Positions 1-12,250 of a stretch of DNA of 40,694 nt are shown piece by piece (position 1 is the first letter of the stretch; each line of letters opens with the position of its first letter). Below the pieces are notes generated by a model. That model was not told the DNA's origin. It saw only the letters and a program-made list of their open reading frames with translations, and ran no database searches. Source of the stretch: Chiloscyllium plagiosum (Eukaryota). The position numbers and the translations under genes are program-made. The stretch spans positions 20,459,673 through 20,500,366 of the forward strand of contig NC_057720.1 of the NCBI RefSeq assembly GCF_004010195.1, given 5' to 3'.

Positions 1-335
1 GCAGGAAACATGTTTCCGCTAATGGGTGAGTCCCGAATCAGAGGACACAGCTTAAAAATACGGGGTAGACCATTTAGGACAGAGCTCAGGAGAAACTTCT
101 TCACTCAGAGAGTGGTGGCTGTGTGGAATGCTCTGCCACAGGGGGCAGTGGAGGCCCACTTTCTGGATTCATTTAAGAAAGAGTTGGATAGAGCTCTCAA
201 AGATAGTGGAATCAAGGGTTATGGAGATAAGGCAGGAACAGGATACTGATTAAGGATGATCAGCCATGATCATATTGAATGGTGGTGCAGTCTCGAAGGG
301 CAGAATAGCCTACTCCTGCACCTATTGTCTATTGT
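1..335 (+). mobile_element. CR1 LINE 3' end (ORF2 C-terminus and 3' UTR)
   Basis: ORF 10..249 RGHSLKIRGRPFRTELRRNFFTQRVVAVWNALP is the typical CR1 ORF2 C-terminus; short tandem tail ctattgtctattgt. Confidence 0.9.
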
Positions 336-536
336 TTAATTGCACGAGGACGTGTGTATAAAATGAGATTCAGCTGGTAACAGGTAGCTGATTGTCTGTT
401 CAATTGTGAGCAATTGTGGATGCCAAAAGTCATCAACCTGACAACAATTCTGCCTTTGGTTCCTGGGTAACTGAACAACTTATGAGTGTGAATGTTACAG
501 TAAGAAGCCATTTCATTTCTGGAAGGGGAGATGGTG

Positions 537-568
<32 letters not shown>
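537..568. repeat. (CT)n microsatellite
   Basis: Directly visible. Confidence 0.95.
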
Positions 569-909
569 CAGTAAAATACCTGAAGGTCAAGAAAGCCAGT
601 TTTTCCACCCACATGTTGCGATAGGCGGTCACTTTTAACTAATACACCAGAGATTGTATAATTTATGAACTAGTTACTCTGTGCCTTATATGCAAAAGTT
701 AAAGAACCCAAAGGAATAAACTCAGAATTAGAGGGTTTGGAAAACCAAAAGGAACACCCCTTCAATTCCTAAAGATTAGTACCGTTGCACTGTTTCTCTA
801 GTATATTCTTTTCTCCTCTCTCCATAACACCATTTTTTTCTTGTCTGTCTGTGTCTGTCTGCATATGCTTGTAGGTGGGTTCTGAAGGGGTTAGAGTTTG
901 AATCAGAAC

Positions 910-1106
910 ATAGTGAGGATTGTAGGTGCTGGAGAGTCAGAGTTGATAAATGTGGTGCTGGAAAAAGCACAACAGATCAGGCAGTTGTATATTCCACATG
1001 ATCTAAAATTGTTAACCTGATGAAGGGCTTATGCCTGGAATGTCAAGTCTCCTGCTCCTCGGATGCTGCCTGACCTGCTGTGTTCGTTCAGTGCCACACT
1101 TTTGAC
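910..1106. mobile_element. Penelope-like terminal-repeat fragment, inverted arrangement, degenerate hammerhead core
   Basis: gtggtgctggaaaaagcac...ggcag followed by its inverse ctgcctgacctgctgtg; CTGATGAAGGGCTTATGCCT at 1017-1036. Same family as 9206-9478, 16473-16585 and 23037-23214. Confidence 0.7.
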
Positions 1107-1606
1107 TCTAACCTTGCTAACCAGTGTACCATGAGGAACCTTGTCGAATGCCTTACTGAAGTCCATATAGATCATGTCCACCACTTTGCCCTCATCAATC
1201 CTCTTTGTTATTTCTTCAAAAAACTCCATTAAGTTAGTGAGACATGATTTCCCATACATAATGGCATGATGACTATCCCTAATCAGTCCTTGCCTTTCCA
1301 AATACATGTAAATCTTGTCCCTTAGGATTCCCTACAACAACTTGCCCACCACCAATGTCAGGCTCACCGGTCTATAGTTCCATAGTTTGTCCTTACCACC
1401 TTTCTTAAACAGTGGTACCACGTTAGCCAACCTCCAGTCTTCCGGCACCTCACCTGTGACTATTGATGATACAAATATCTCAGCAAGGGTCCCAGTGATC
1501 ACTTCCCTAGCTTCCCACAGAGTTCTAGGGTGCACCTGATCAGGTGCTGGGGATTTATCCACCTTTATGTATTTTAAGCTGTCAAGCATCTCTTCTTCTG
1601 TAATAT
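1107..1606 (-). mobile_element. CR1 reverse-transcriptase fragment (pseudogenic)
   Basis: ORFs contain KSPAPDQVHPR, NYRPVSLTLVVGKLL and DFSKAFDKVPH; closely matches the reverse complement of about 28010-28510. Confidence 0.92.
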
Positions 1607-2104
1607 AGTCTCAAGGCCTCTGATGGCTGAGAAGCCTCTTCAAGTGAAATGGTTTCTGCTGAAGTGCGTGAGCCTGGGAATGAGGTGGGGTACAAAGCTT
1701 TAACAGTCACTGTGTTGGTGTGGACATCCATCCCGTGAGATCACTGGGGCTTCACAGATTGCCTTTCTAAGCCAGCAACTTCAACAAGGCACTTATTTTG
1801 TGTTTTTTCATTCATTGTACATCTGTCTGAACAGGCCGGTTTTCATCGCCCATAAACTGGCTGCCCGTTTGAATTCCACACTCTTGCAGGTTACAGCGAT
1901 TCAGAAACAGATTCCTTTTTAATGAGTTGTGGGTTTCCATTACAATGAGCAAACCAGGCAGTGAATTCCACCCTCTGAGTGATAAAGCTTTTCCTCATAC
2001 ACCTTCTACATTTTCTTCCATTCAACTTAAATTTGAGCGCCAGGTAACTTACTTCTCTACTGGTAGAAAAGGTCTTCCCTGTTCACTCTAACCAAGCCCC
2101 TCAT

Positions 2105-2200
2105 TATTAGATTAGATTAGATTCCCTACAGTGTGGAAACAGGCTTTTTGGCCCAACAAGTCCACGCTGACCTTCCGAAGAGTAACCCATTTCCTTCTGC
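2105..2200 (-). mobile_element. HE1 SINE 3' tail fragment
   Basis: (attag)n tail followed by ccctacagtgtggaaacaggc, the reverse complement of the SINE tail at about 2470-2495. Confidence 0.8.
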
Positions 2201-2207
2201 CGCCCTA

Positions 2208-2505
2208 TGATGATGGTGGCTCAGTGGTTAGCACTGCTGCCTCGCAGCACTAGGGACCTGGGTTCAATTCCCGCCCTCGGGCAACTGTCTGTGTGGAGTT
2301 TGCACATTCTCCCTGTGTCTGCGTGGGTTTCCTCCGAGTGCTCTGGTTTCCTCCCACAGTCCAAAGATGTGCAGGTTAGGTGAATTGGCCGTGCTAAATT
2401 GCCTGTAGTGTTAGGTGGATTAGTCAGGGGTAAATGTAGGGGAATGGGTCTGTGTGGACTTGTTGGGCTGAAGGGCCAGTTTCCACACTGTAGTGAATCT
2501 CAAAA
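2208..2505 (+). mobile_element. HE1 SINE (tRNA-derived, V-SINE type), near full length
   Basis: A box TGGCTCAGTGG, B box GGTTCAATTCC, conserved core gtgggtttcctcc...ccaaagatgtgcagg, CR1-like tail. Confidence 0.9.
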
Positions 2506-3104
2506 TAAAAAAAAGTATTTTGCCCATCTCAGTAAGTCACCCCCAGCCTCCTTGGTTTAAAGGAAAACAACCCTAGGCTAGCCCAATCTTTCCTCATAGC
2601 TGCAATTTTCAAGCTCTGAACACATTCTTATAAATCTCCTCTGTATTCTCTCTAGAGCAATTATGTCCTTCCTGTAATGTGGTGACCAGTACTATGCACA
2701 AACATTCAGCTGTGCCCTAGCCAGTGTCTTCTGCAGTTCCAGCATTATATTTGTATTCAATGAAGGAAAGCATCCCTGTGAATTGAATTCAATACGACTG
2801 GTGACAGATGGAATTCATTCTCCACTCAACTAAGCCATCGATATCACCCTGCAGTCCACAATCGTCCCCCTTGCTATCAATTACATGGCCAATTTTCACA
2901 GAATCATAGGATTGTCACCATGCAAAGCTGGCATTTCAAGAGTTCTCTGAGCATTTTAACCTAGCGCCAATCTCCTGTCTGTTTTTTGCATCCCAGGAAT
3001 TACTTCATCCGAAATGAAAAGCTCCCACTTTGTGTTTTCTTTAACAATGTTTAATTCCTCACCTGTCAATGAAACATCATCTTCTATCCCTAAGACCAGG
3101 AATG

Positions 3105-3215
3105 TTCTTGTAAAGCAGTGGTAATATCTCTATCTCTGAACCAGGAGGCCCAAGTTCAAGTCTTACCTGCACCAGAGGTGTCACAATATCTCTGAACTGG
3201 TTGATTTGAAAATAG
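3105..3215 (+). mobile_element. Short tRNA-derived SINE-like element, degenerate
   Basis: gcagtggtaat...aagttcaagtc resembles A/B boxes; a related copy lies at about 22420-22500. Confidence 0.4.
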
Positions 3216-3592
3216 CCATCAATAAGCCCAGAAAAGGATAAACGTCGGTGTAGGGAACACACAATACAGCTGCTTTACCTAGGAAGGCTTTGTTTGCAAA
3301 AAGAAGAAATGGAACTAAGATTGCGGAAGTGAACAGAGGTTGGGCCATCGTGCTCTTGAGAATAAGCAAGGTGCCTGGTTTGACAGCACTGATTAGAAAG
3401 TACCATAAGAACACCAACAATCCAAAGGATAATGACAATATTCTGTGATGCCGAGGGTCCAAGAAACCAACTAGCCAGCTGAGGTCTCAGGTTAAATTCT
3501 TATGCCTCAAGGACATCCGAAGGTCTCTAATCTGTCCATTATTTTCTCTTCATTTTGAACTGAACACTTTCCACCTCTGTACCTGGGATTTT

Positions 3593-3747
3593 GTGTGTGT
3601 GAGTGTGTGTGTGAGTGTGGTGAGGGGTGTGTGTGTGTGTGTGTGTGGTAGGAGTGTGTTGTGTGTGGGGGGGTGAGGGGTGTGTGTGGTGGGTGTGTGT
3701 GTGTGAGTGTGTGTGTGTTAGTGTGTGTGTGTGAGTGTGTGTGTGGG
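3593..3747. repeat. (GT)n-rich microsatellite bordering the gap
   Basis: Directly visible. Confidence 0.95.
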
Positions 3748-4247
3748 NNNNNNNNNNNNNNNNNNNNNNNNNNNNNNNNNNNNNNNNNNNNNNNNNNNNN
3801 NNNNNNNNNNNNNNNNNNNNNNNNNNNNNNNNNNNNNNNNNNNNNNNNNNNNNNNNNNNNNNNNNNNNNNNNNNNNNNNNNNNNNNNNNNNNNNNNNNNN
3901 NNNNNNNNNNNNNNNNNNNNNNNNNNNNNNNNNNNNNNNNNNNNNNNNNNNNNNNNNNNNNNNNNNNNNNNNNNNNNNNNNNNNNNNNNNNNNNNNNNNN
4001 NNNNNNNNNNNNNNNNNNNNNNNNNNNNNNNNNNNNNNNNNNNNNNNNNNNNNNNNNNNNNNNNNNNNNNNNNNNNNNNNNNNNNNNNNNNNNNNNNNNN
4101 NNNNNNNNNNNNNNNNNNNNNNNNNNNNNNNNNNNNNNNNNNNNNNNNNNNNNNNNNNNNNNNNNNNNNNNNNNNNNNNNNNNNNNNNNNNNNNNNNNNN
4201 NNNNNNNNNNNNNNNNNNNNNNNNNNNNNNNNNNNNNNNNNNNNNNN
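3748..4247. other. Assembly gap (500 N)
   Basis: Run of N. Confidence 1.
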
Positions 4248-4249
4248 TT

Positions 4250-4478
4250 TCGCTACATTTACCCCTGACTAGGGGCAACTTAGGGGCAACTTAGCATGGC
4301 CAATTCACCTAACCTGCACATCTTTGGACTGTGGGAGGAAATTGGAGCACCTGGAGGAAACCCACACTGACATAGGGAGAACGTGCAAATGCCACACAGA
4401 GAGTCGCCCGAGGTTGGAACCGAACCCGCATCTCTGGTGCTGTGAGGCAGCAGCGCTAACCACTGAGCCACCTCTATG
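4250..4478 (-). mobile_element. HE1 SINE
   Basis: Reverse complement of the HE1 head and core (gctaaccactgagccac, cacatctttggactgtgggagg). Confidence 0.88.
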
Positions 4479-6029
4479 CCATCTAATCCTGTATCCTTTA
4501 ACATCATTCTATCTCCCTAAGAGAGTGGCCAGTTTCACTCTTTTTTCCCTGCACTTTTTCAATCCTCCTCTCCATCTACTCTCACCAAAGTGCGACCAAG
4601 CTATAAAGAATTGGCAGGAAGCCAGATTTCAAAGGAGGACAAGCAGGTAAAGCAGGGATGTTGGGTGAACAACCTCCCTGGAGGCTACTGAGGAGTGGGA
4701 TAGATCCAAAGCCCATTGATAACAGATATTGGGGAGAGGAAGAAATCAGGAAAGTGAGCAGATTGTTCTCCTGGGAAACAGCATAACAAATAAAAATCTT
4801 ACTTTAGCTTCTGTCATGGCGTTCTGCCTGGGTCACCACATGCTATTTAATCACCTTTCTCCATCCTTACTCATTCATCTTGCAATCCCATTACCACAAA
4901 CTCTCGCCATCTTCCCCTTGCATCTCCTCTTAAGCTTTCCTTTTCTTCTTCATCCTGGAAATCCCATCTCCATCAGTCACATTCTCATTATCTCTTTGAA
5001 ACACACGGCCATGCCATTTTAATCCCTTTACATTTACTTTCTTTGATGCTTTCACAACCTTCATGGTCTCCGGTCTATTGGTCTAAGTATAAAGATACCA
5101 AACTATATTAGATAAGTTAAGATGTTCAAAATTTATACACTTGGAGGGAACAAAAAGTTGAATGAATAACGTGTACTAATGTTCCTCCAGCATCTTAATT
5201 GACCATGGTGGAGAAATAGAGCACGCTGTATAGGGAAGACTGAAAATATAATCAGAATAAGGAACCTTGCAGCTATAAGGGAAACTCAAACACTAATATG
5301 ACTAATAACTTGAAGTAAGAAGTCTGTCAAACAGCAAGATGTAAAATGTTCAGATATTAGATTATATGCTTAATGGCTTTGATTTGCAGTATGTAATGAT
5401 CAGTTGATTAGTTTCATATTTACATTGACATTTTGAGAAAGAAATGTTAACAGCCATAAAAGAGTTTACCAATGAGCAATGAGATCTCCAACACAGCGTG
5501 CACTCTGCTAAGAAAGGAAAACCACTTCTATCACAAACAAAATACCAATTACTGTACCGGGATTACGTTTGGTCTCTCTATCTCTGACAATATCACTGTG
5601 ACAGCTTCAACTAAAATCTTCCTGAGGTCACGATGAGGAAAAGTGTAAGGAGATCTGCTCATAAATCTCACATAGTCATTCAAAAGGTCTGTCACTTTTG
5701 GTGCTTCTCGAGAGGCAGCGAAGCAGATCATGCAAACGCAATGGAGTTCTAATCCATTTACCCTAATTATTATCTTGTGACACCATCAAGACAATTTGAA
5801 CTCTGGTCTTCCTTCAAGGTGATAGAGTAATTGTGGGGAGGCTGAAGAGCATCCAGTGAAAGTTTCTGTTTATTTCCTTTGTTGCACAGGTCTCTTCTAT
5901 TCTGGACATCCCCCCTTCCTGCTCCCCATCTCCCCTCCCTCATTATACACTTACCTAATACCATTGATTTTTGGAAGGCTGATAATTACTGTTTCAAAAT
6001 GAGGAAGTGGACCAATGTCATATTGATGT

Positions 6030-6430
6030 TCATAAGGTCCACAGGCAGCTGGAGGGAGATGGCAATGTCATGATAAATCAAGGAACTAATAAACTGAACG
6101 CCTAAGCTACTGATTGGGGGTGGGGGGAGTTCAAATCCCGTCACTGCTGCTGGTTGTATACAAAAGCCCAATTGGTATAATCTGGAATAGAAAGTTACTT
6201 GAATGGTCACATTAAAGAGACTACCAATTCTTGTTCAAAGCCCATCTCATTTGCAAATGTGCATTAGGGAAAGCAATTTGTCATCCTTACGTGCTCTTGT
6301 CTGAGACTGCAGACTCACAGCTATGTAGACGACTATTAACTCTCTTCTGATGACTTAGCTATCCACTCAGTTCATAAATAAATGGGCAACAAATGCTGGC
6401 CTTGCCAGGGACACCCACATCCTTTGGAAG
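6030..6430 (+). mobile_element. Deu-domain SINE (SacSINE1-like), old
   Basis: aatctggaat...aagcccatct...tagggaaagcaatttgtcatcctta...gactcacagc, and tail gggcaacaaatgctggccttgccagggacacccacatcc; homologous to 21195-22070. Confidence 0.6.
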
Positions 6431-7589
6431 GATACATAAACCTAGCTGGCTGAAGGTGTGGTTGAATTTTAGCCAAATGGTCTACTCCCTGCTCCTACGT
6501 CTTATGAAACTAGTGGTTTCCGACTGGAAACCTGTTGCCAGTTAAAACAGCCCCACGGAATTTGCAGTATAGAAAGAAGCGATTGAAGCAGTGACAATGC
6601 TAGCTTTTCAACTACTCCTTGCTTTTAATTTCACCCTTTTTTCGCATTCCTTCTCTACAAATGCTTACTCTTTAAACACTAATCTTTTAAATAAGGAGAC
6701 AATCCTTGCTCAAAACCAAAGGCTAGCAAGTTTGAGTAATTTGTCTGAAACCTGAGTGATAATCCCTCTCATTAAAATTCCCTTCTTACTGATTTTTTAA
6801 ACAATGAAACAATCTTTTACTTTTACTCTGGAAAATCTCCTTTAGATTCCCTTCTGCTTCAATGAGAAGAATTCCAATGTTTCAATTTAAATTTCTGTTA
6901 CTCTGGCATCTCATTCTTCATATTTCAATCTCTTACAACCCCCTTCTGATACAATTGCATCGGTGCTGAATTTAACTTGGCATATTTCAAAAGCCAAACT
7001 ATCATCAAAGTGCAGGCAATAAAATTGTCTGTACAATGAGAACTCGTTTAATGTGGAAGTAACAAATGCAGCTGTTCAGAGAATTCTTTAACTTTTAAAG
7101 ATGTTTTGTATTGATCTGTTGATTGTGATAAGCTAAATAACAGCTATTTGAAGTGCAAAAGAAACATTTATCTGAGCTCAGTAATGTAACAAGTGAAAAG
7201 CAGTCATCTCATTTCTAAAGTGCAGTTTTGCCAGGCTCAGGAAGCTAGCTAATACCATTTGCAAGTTACTTCTGATTTTTGGTGCAGAAAATCCATTCTT
7301 TTGAAAAAAAACAATATTCAGTCTTGTCCCTATAAATAGAGTGTAGACCATCAATGCTTACAAATGTCCAACAGTAAGTATTTCCTTGATGTACTTAGCC
7401 ATGGATTAGATTGCATTAGTCACTGAAATGTGAGTGATGTAGACATCATCACAGTACTTAATAGGATCATTATCTAAGCCCTATTATCTATCACAATAGT
7501 GCATTTATGAAATAAACTAATAAACCCAAAAGTACCAGTAAATTCTGACTCTATCTACTGATGTTACTGGAAAGAAGTTTGCACTTTCT

Positions 7590-7860
7590 GGTTTAGTAAT
7601 GATTCCCAGGCATCACCAAAATTTTAAACAATAACACGATGAGACCATTGCTGTAGATCAGATCTCAAATTACGACTAGACAGAATACAGGAAAGAGATT
7701 GAGTACTCTGCAGCATGGAATAAATACAACAATCTCGCCATCGATATCAGCAAAACGAAGGAGCTGGCCATTGACGTCAGGAGTGGAGTGGAGGGCACAC
7801 CCCTGTCTGCATCAATGATGCTGAGGTGGAGATGGCTGAAAGTGTCAGGGTCCTGGGATG
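7590..7860 (+). mobile_element. Rex1/Babar-like LINE RT fragment, degenerate
   Basis: acaacaatctcgccatcgatatcagcaaaacgaaggagctggccattgac translates to NNLAIDISKTKELAID, similar to the N.SKTKEL.ID RT motif. Confidence 0.55.
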
Positions 7861-9205
7861 GTACGATCTGCCTCTATATCAAGCAAAACAACACTTGTCT
7901 CTGTATCTCAGTACATATGACAACAATAAATCAATCAAAGAGAAAAGCAAAGATATTCCAATGTCCCCAGACTTTTAATTTTTGAGAAACCTGAAATCCT
8001 AAGGACGATGTCCCTGTGAGGCCATGTGTGATGATAATGAAATACATACACGTACACATATTAAATCTGAAGCAACTTGCATGTACGATTATTTGACAAG
8101 GTTGATACCTATATTCCTCAAACTTTGGTCTCTAAATCATTTGCAGTTTGAATCAGTCCACTGTTAGTGGTCATGCCTTCAGCTGCCAGGGCCCTAAACT
8201 CGAATTCCCTTCCTAAATCTGTCTATCTCTCTCACCTTCTTCCAGAGAAAATGGTGGAAAGAAAATCTTCTAAAGAAAATCATGCTCCACAAAGATATGG
8301 ATTGATAAACAATACCAAGTTGAATATTACTATGTTTTGGCTAAAGATCAATTTCATTGAGTTTCAGGGGAGGTTCCGTCCATGACTTCTGGTGAGATTT
8401 CTCGCTGTATTGTCTCCAACATGCCACAGCCTGATGGGATCCCTCTGGTTTGATGCTAGCAGGATTTTATTATCTCAAGAAGAGCTCACGTCTGCCAGGA
8501 TATCCACGAATAGCCTATCCCTGGCACCTGCTCCATCTTTAGAAGGTTGCTGAGCACAAGGGCAAATCTGGAGCTGCATTTGCCCTGTACATGGTAGTGC
8601 TGGATGGTGTGGCACAAAGTAAGGATACCCTCTTCCCCCACACTGGCAGTGTGTGCCATGACATCAGACCCTGTCAGTGTGTTCCAAGGTTGCTACCTGG
8701 GTCATTGCACAGTCATTAATGTCCAGCAGTAAAGGATGAAGGTCAATGTACAACCACTTGGCCAGGGTAAATGTCACCACCTTCTCTCTGCTACTCATAC
8801 TAGCATTCTCTGAAATTGCATGCACCTCCCACCAAAATTCATGCGCGCCCTTTTTTACTATTCATGCAACACCTTCCCAAACTCACTCCCACCCACCCAC
8901 CTCGACTCCTTCCCAACTGCATCTCATCTGCACTGCCCACTCACTTCCTCAGGACACCTCATCACCTACCCTTCTCCTAAAAGAACAGCACTAGCCTAAC
9001 CATTGTGCTGCCCACTTTAATTTAACTTACATCTTGCTTTTCTCAATCCAGGAGAAAACACTAAGGCAGAATGAGCCAAGATGGCTGGTGGGCTGCCCAA
9101 CATTTGGTTCCTTAAATTCAGTGAGGAGAGGATTCTGACCTTCTCAACCCCAAGTGGCATCTTGATTGTGATATCAAAGGTCGCCATTGACTTACTGTAC
9201 TAGGA

Positions 9206-9478
9206 GGAACTGGGTCAAGATTAGAGTGGTGCTGGAAAAGCACAGCAGGTCAGGCAGTATCCAAGGGACAGGAAAATCGACACTTGGGGTAAAAGCCCTT
9301 CATCAGGTGGGCCTGATGAATTTACTGCGAATCGTCTTCCAAGGATGCCCATCTTGAAGACGCTCTCTTCCTCTCTCTACAATTCCTGATGAAGGGTTTT
9401 TGCCCGAAACATCAATTTTCCTGCTCCTTGGAGGCTGCCTGACCTGCTGTGCTTTTCCAGCACCACTCTAATCTTTAC
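9206..9478. mobile_element. Penelope-derived palindromic mini-element with hammerhead cores and 11-bp TSD
   Basis: Inverted arms of about 90 bp (9218-9307 and 9385-9474); direct repeat ctgtactagga at 9195-9205 and 9479-9489. Confidence 0.8.
9386..9415 (+). ncRNA. Minimal hammerhead ribozyme core (Penelope-associated)
   Basis: CTGATGA, then A, then stem II GGGT-TTTT-GCCC, then GAAAC. Best-preserved core in the window; activity unknown. Confidence 0.6.
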
Positions 9479-9532
9479 CTGTACTAGGACCCCATGACTG
9501 AAGGCTCTCTCTCTAGACTTGATTAGTGGAGA

Positions 9533-9820
9533 CTAAAATTAGAGGGCATAGGTTTAGAGTGAGAGGGGGAAGATTTAAAAGGGACCTAAGGGGAAACTTT
9601 TTCATGCAGAGGGTGGTGCTTGTATAGATTGAGCTGCCAGAGGAAGTGGTGAAGGCTGGTACAATTACAGCATTTAAAATGTATCTGGATGGGTATATGA
9701 ATAGGAAAGGTTTAGAGAGATAGGGGCCAAATAGGACTAGATGATTTAGAATGTCTGGTCAGCATGGACAAGTTGGACCCAAGAGTCTGTTTCCATGCTG
9801 TACATGTCTGTGACTGTGAC
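9533..9820 (+). mobile_element. CR1 LINE 3' end
   Basis: agagggcataggtttagagtgagaggggg...gagctgccagaggaagtggtg; same family as 29320-29609. Confidence 0.88.
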
Positions 9821-10827
9821 TTGCTGCCAGCCATGACAAACGTCTTGGTTTTCTGAGTGCAACAAATAGCAAAGCAAGAGAGAAATAATGTGAGGCTGTT
9901 AGATCCAGCTGCAGGAGATGGAGTTGGGGGCGGTGTGAGTTAAAAAGGGGGCAGAGGGGGTAAAACACCAAAAGGGAAAGCAAAGCAAGGCAGGACAGAG
10001 ACTCTCTGATCATCCAATTGGCTCAAGGTGAGTGAGTGAGCGCAAGTGAAGAGAATGAGCAAGTAGCCGTGAATGTAACCTGGTCTAATCCATAAACTGG
10101 ATGTGTCCCCCTATGCATGAAGTCTCCTTGCAATAGCATTTAAAAGTTAGTTGCCAGTGCATCCAAAGATACCATGTGGATCCTGAAAGACTGGTAGGTG
10201 TCCAACATCAGTGTCTGTAAATGTGGGATTCATGTTGCTCCTGTCTCTGAGGTGTGGTTGCTGGGCATCCAATATGGCCATCTGGAACAGCAGGTGGAGC
10301 TGACATTACCTACTCCGACTTCCATGTTGACATCCAACTTCCTCTTGGCAGGAGGTAGGATAGGAAGCTGCATACTAATAAGGCATGATTCATTGTTAAT
10401 TAAACTGTTAACTAGCAATAATCCCTGCTCATTGGCATTTCATCTCTCCTTAGCAAGAATCTCGCCTCAAGGTGTGCAACACTAAAATGTAAGAAGTTGC
10501 TCTCAAGTTACACTAAGTGGGAGGTCTCTTAATCATGGTCCTCAAGAACAGGAATGGAATGTTCAAGTGAAGACAGGAGAATGACTGATCACCTTAGAAC
10601 CTGTAACAAGACATTCAACATTAACCTCCCTGTATTAACCTTTTTTACTTAGAATGCAGTTTTCTTTGTCACGGTAATAAAAATATATATTTCAGAACAA
10701 GGCTTCTACTCTGTAAACATCACAGACTGAACCTGATATCATTTACAGTTACTAATGTCATATCTTCGAGTGTTAAACTAAAATGCCACAGAAGATTAAT
10801 TTCTGTGACCTGTACCATGTACAGTGA

Positions 10828-11150
10828 GTGGCATGGTCGCTCAGTGGTTAGCACTGCTGCCTCACAGTGCCAGGAACCGGGGTTCAATTCCTGCCTTGGG
10901 TGACTGTCTGTTTGCACATTCTCCCCATGGCTGCGTGGGCTTTCTCTGAGCGCTCCAGTTTCCTCCCACAGTCCAAAGATGTGCAGGCCAGGTGAATTGG
11001 ACGTGCTAAATTGTCCACAGCATTAGGTGCATTAGTCAGGGGTAAATATAGGGTGGGGGAATGGGTCTCAGTTAGTTGCTCTTTGGAGGGTTGGTGTGGA
11101 TTGTTGGGCTGAAGGGCCTGTTTCCATACTGCAGGGTACCTGATCTAAAA
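10828..11150 (+). mobile_element. HE1 SINE
   Basis: A/B boxes, core and tail as in 2208-2505. Confidence 0.9.
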
Positions 11151-11481
11151 AAAAATCCAGTCCATACTTTCCTTTTAACCCTGGTTTTGGTAATATTGAT
11201 TTGAGAAATAAGAATCTAGCCCTTTGCATTCTTCTGTTAATGACTCCTCAAACAATAGAACCCTTTACTAAGTTCCAAAAAGCTGTCTCAAATTCTGTCG
11301 AGTCACTGTGCGATATCGTATCTTATACAAATACCTTCCTGCATGTTAATGCTTTTGGTGATTGTTTTCAAGATTGCAGACCATACAATGCATTCTATTT
11401 AAAAAGTGATTGCTGGTAACTCTCTTTAACTACTTCTTTGCCATTTTTTAAAGCATGTGTTTTTGCCTGAATTGTACATTG

Positions 11482-12205
11482 TGTTATGATCCTAGCTGAT
11501 GGTAATACTGGACAAGTCAGATTTCAGAGTTAAACCTGACTTAAATTTTATTTCTTAGTTAGATAACCATGGTGGTCAGCCATTGAGTGACTTTGCCTGA
11601 GGCTGCCAATGTACTTTTAACAAATGAACACAAGTTTGTTACACAACAGAAAAGAAAAAAAGCTAAACAAGATAAATTGAAAATACATTATTACAAACAC
11701 AAAGAGGGAAGACTCAAGCCTGTTTTCTCCAGCAATATCCTATACAGCCACTGAATCCCAGTGAAGAATCATTCTATCTGCACTTTGAAATTTCTTATTG
11801 AATTGAGAAAGTAAGTATTTTATTTCGGTGGCTTTCTGCTGATTCACCAGATGTGATTTGCCCTGTTATTGTCTTTCCTCAAGTCATGCAACCAGCCCAG
11901 ACTCATACATTGACTTCTCTCACTGAACACTAAAGAAATAAACTTAAGACTTCAACAATTGTTAAACTGCTACACATCACACAACTGCTGGATGGATGCT
12001 TGCTTCTGAACTGACCCCTGCATTTGGCCTCTGGCCACCCAGCTCTGCAGGTCATAAATGCTCAAGTCAACAATAACAACTATCTCACTCGGTAACTTGT
12101 TGAGTTAGTATCTTAAGTCACATGATTTCATGAAAATGTTGTCTTTAGCTCACTGTTCCGAATGACTTTCTGACAATTTAAGCAAAAGCAGACTAAACCT
12201 TCACA
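11482..12205. mobile_element. Possible solo LTR
   Basis: Begins TGTTATGA and ends TCACA, about 720 bp; no clean TSD seen. Confidence 0.25.
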
Positions 12206-12250
12206 ATACAAAAATAAAACAGACAACCATTACCTCTCATCTTGAAATCA

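Larger units (their letters stand above)
1955..2770 (-). mobile_element. Old CR1 ORF2 3' fragment interrupted by HE1 SINEs
   Basis: Reverse-strand CR1-like segments gtgaattccaccctctgagtg and ctgtaatgtggtgaccag flank the SINE block. Confidence 0.6.
8365..10500 (+). mobile_element. Harbinger-derived non-autonomous element (copy 1), interrupted by Penelope and CR1 insertions
   Basis: Shares ggtgggctgcccaacatttgg (about 9087) with about 13057; segment 9825-10160 is homologous to 13140-13430. Confidence 0.5.

Noticed and set aside
340..900. Possible LTR fragment
   Set aside because: Composition is suggestive (TATAAAA, AATAAA), but no termini, TSD or second copy support it.
2208..2285. tRNA gene
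   Set aside because: The A and B boxes belong to the HE1 SINE head and continue into SINE core; the same holds for the other copies.
3661..4294. Long ORFs in the track
   Set aside because: Artefacts of the GT repeat and the N gap.
5549..5731. Protein-like 60-aa minus-strand ORF as a host exon
   Set aside because: No recognisable domain, an upstream in-frame stop about 55 nt before the ATG, no convincing polypyrimidine acceptor and no partner exons. The region could still be conserved non-coding sequence.
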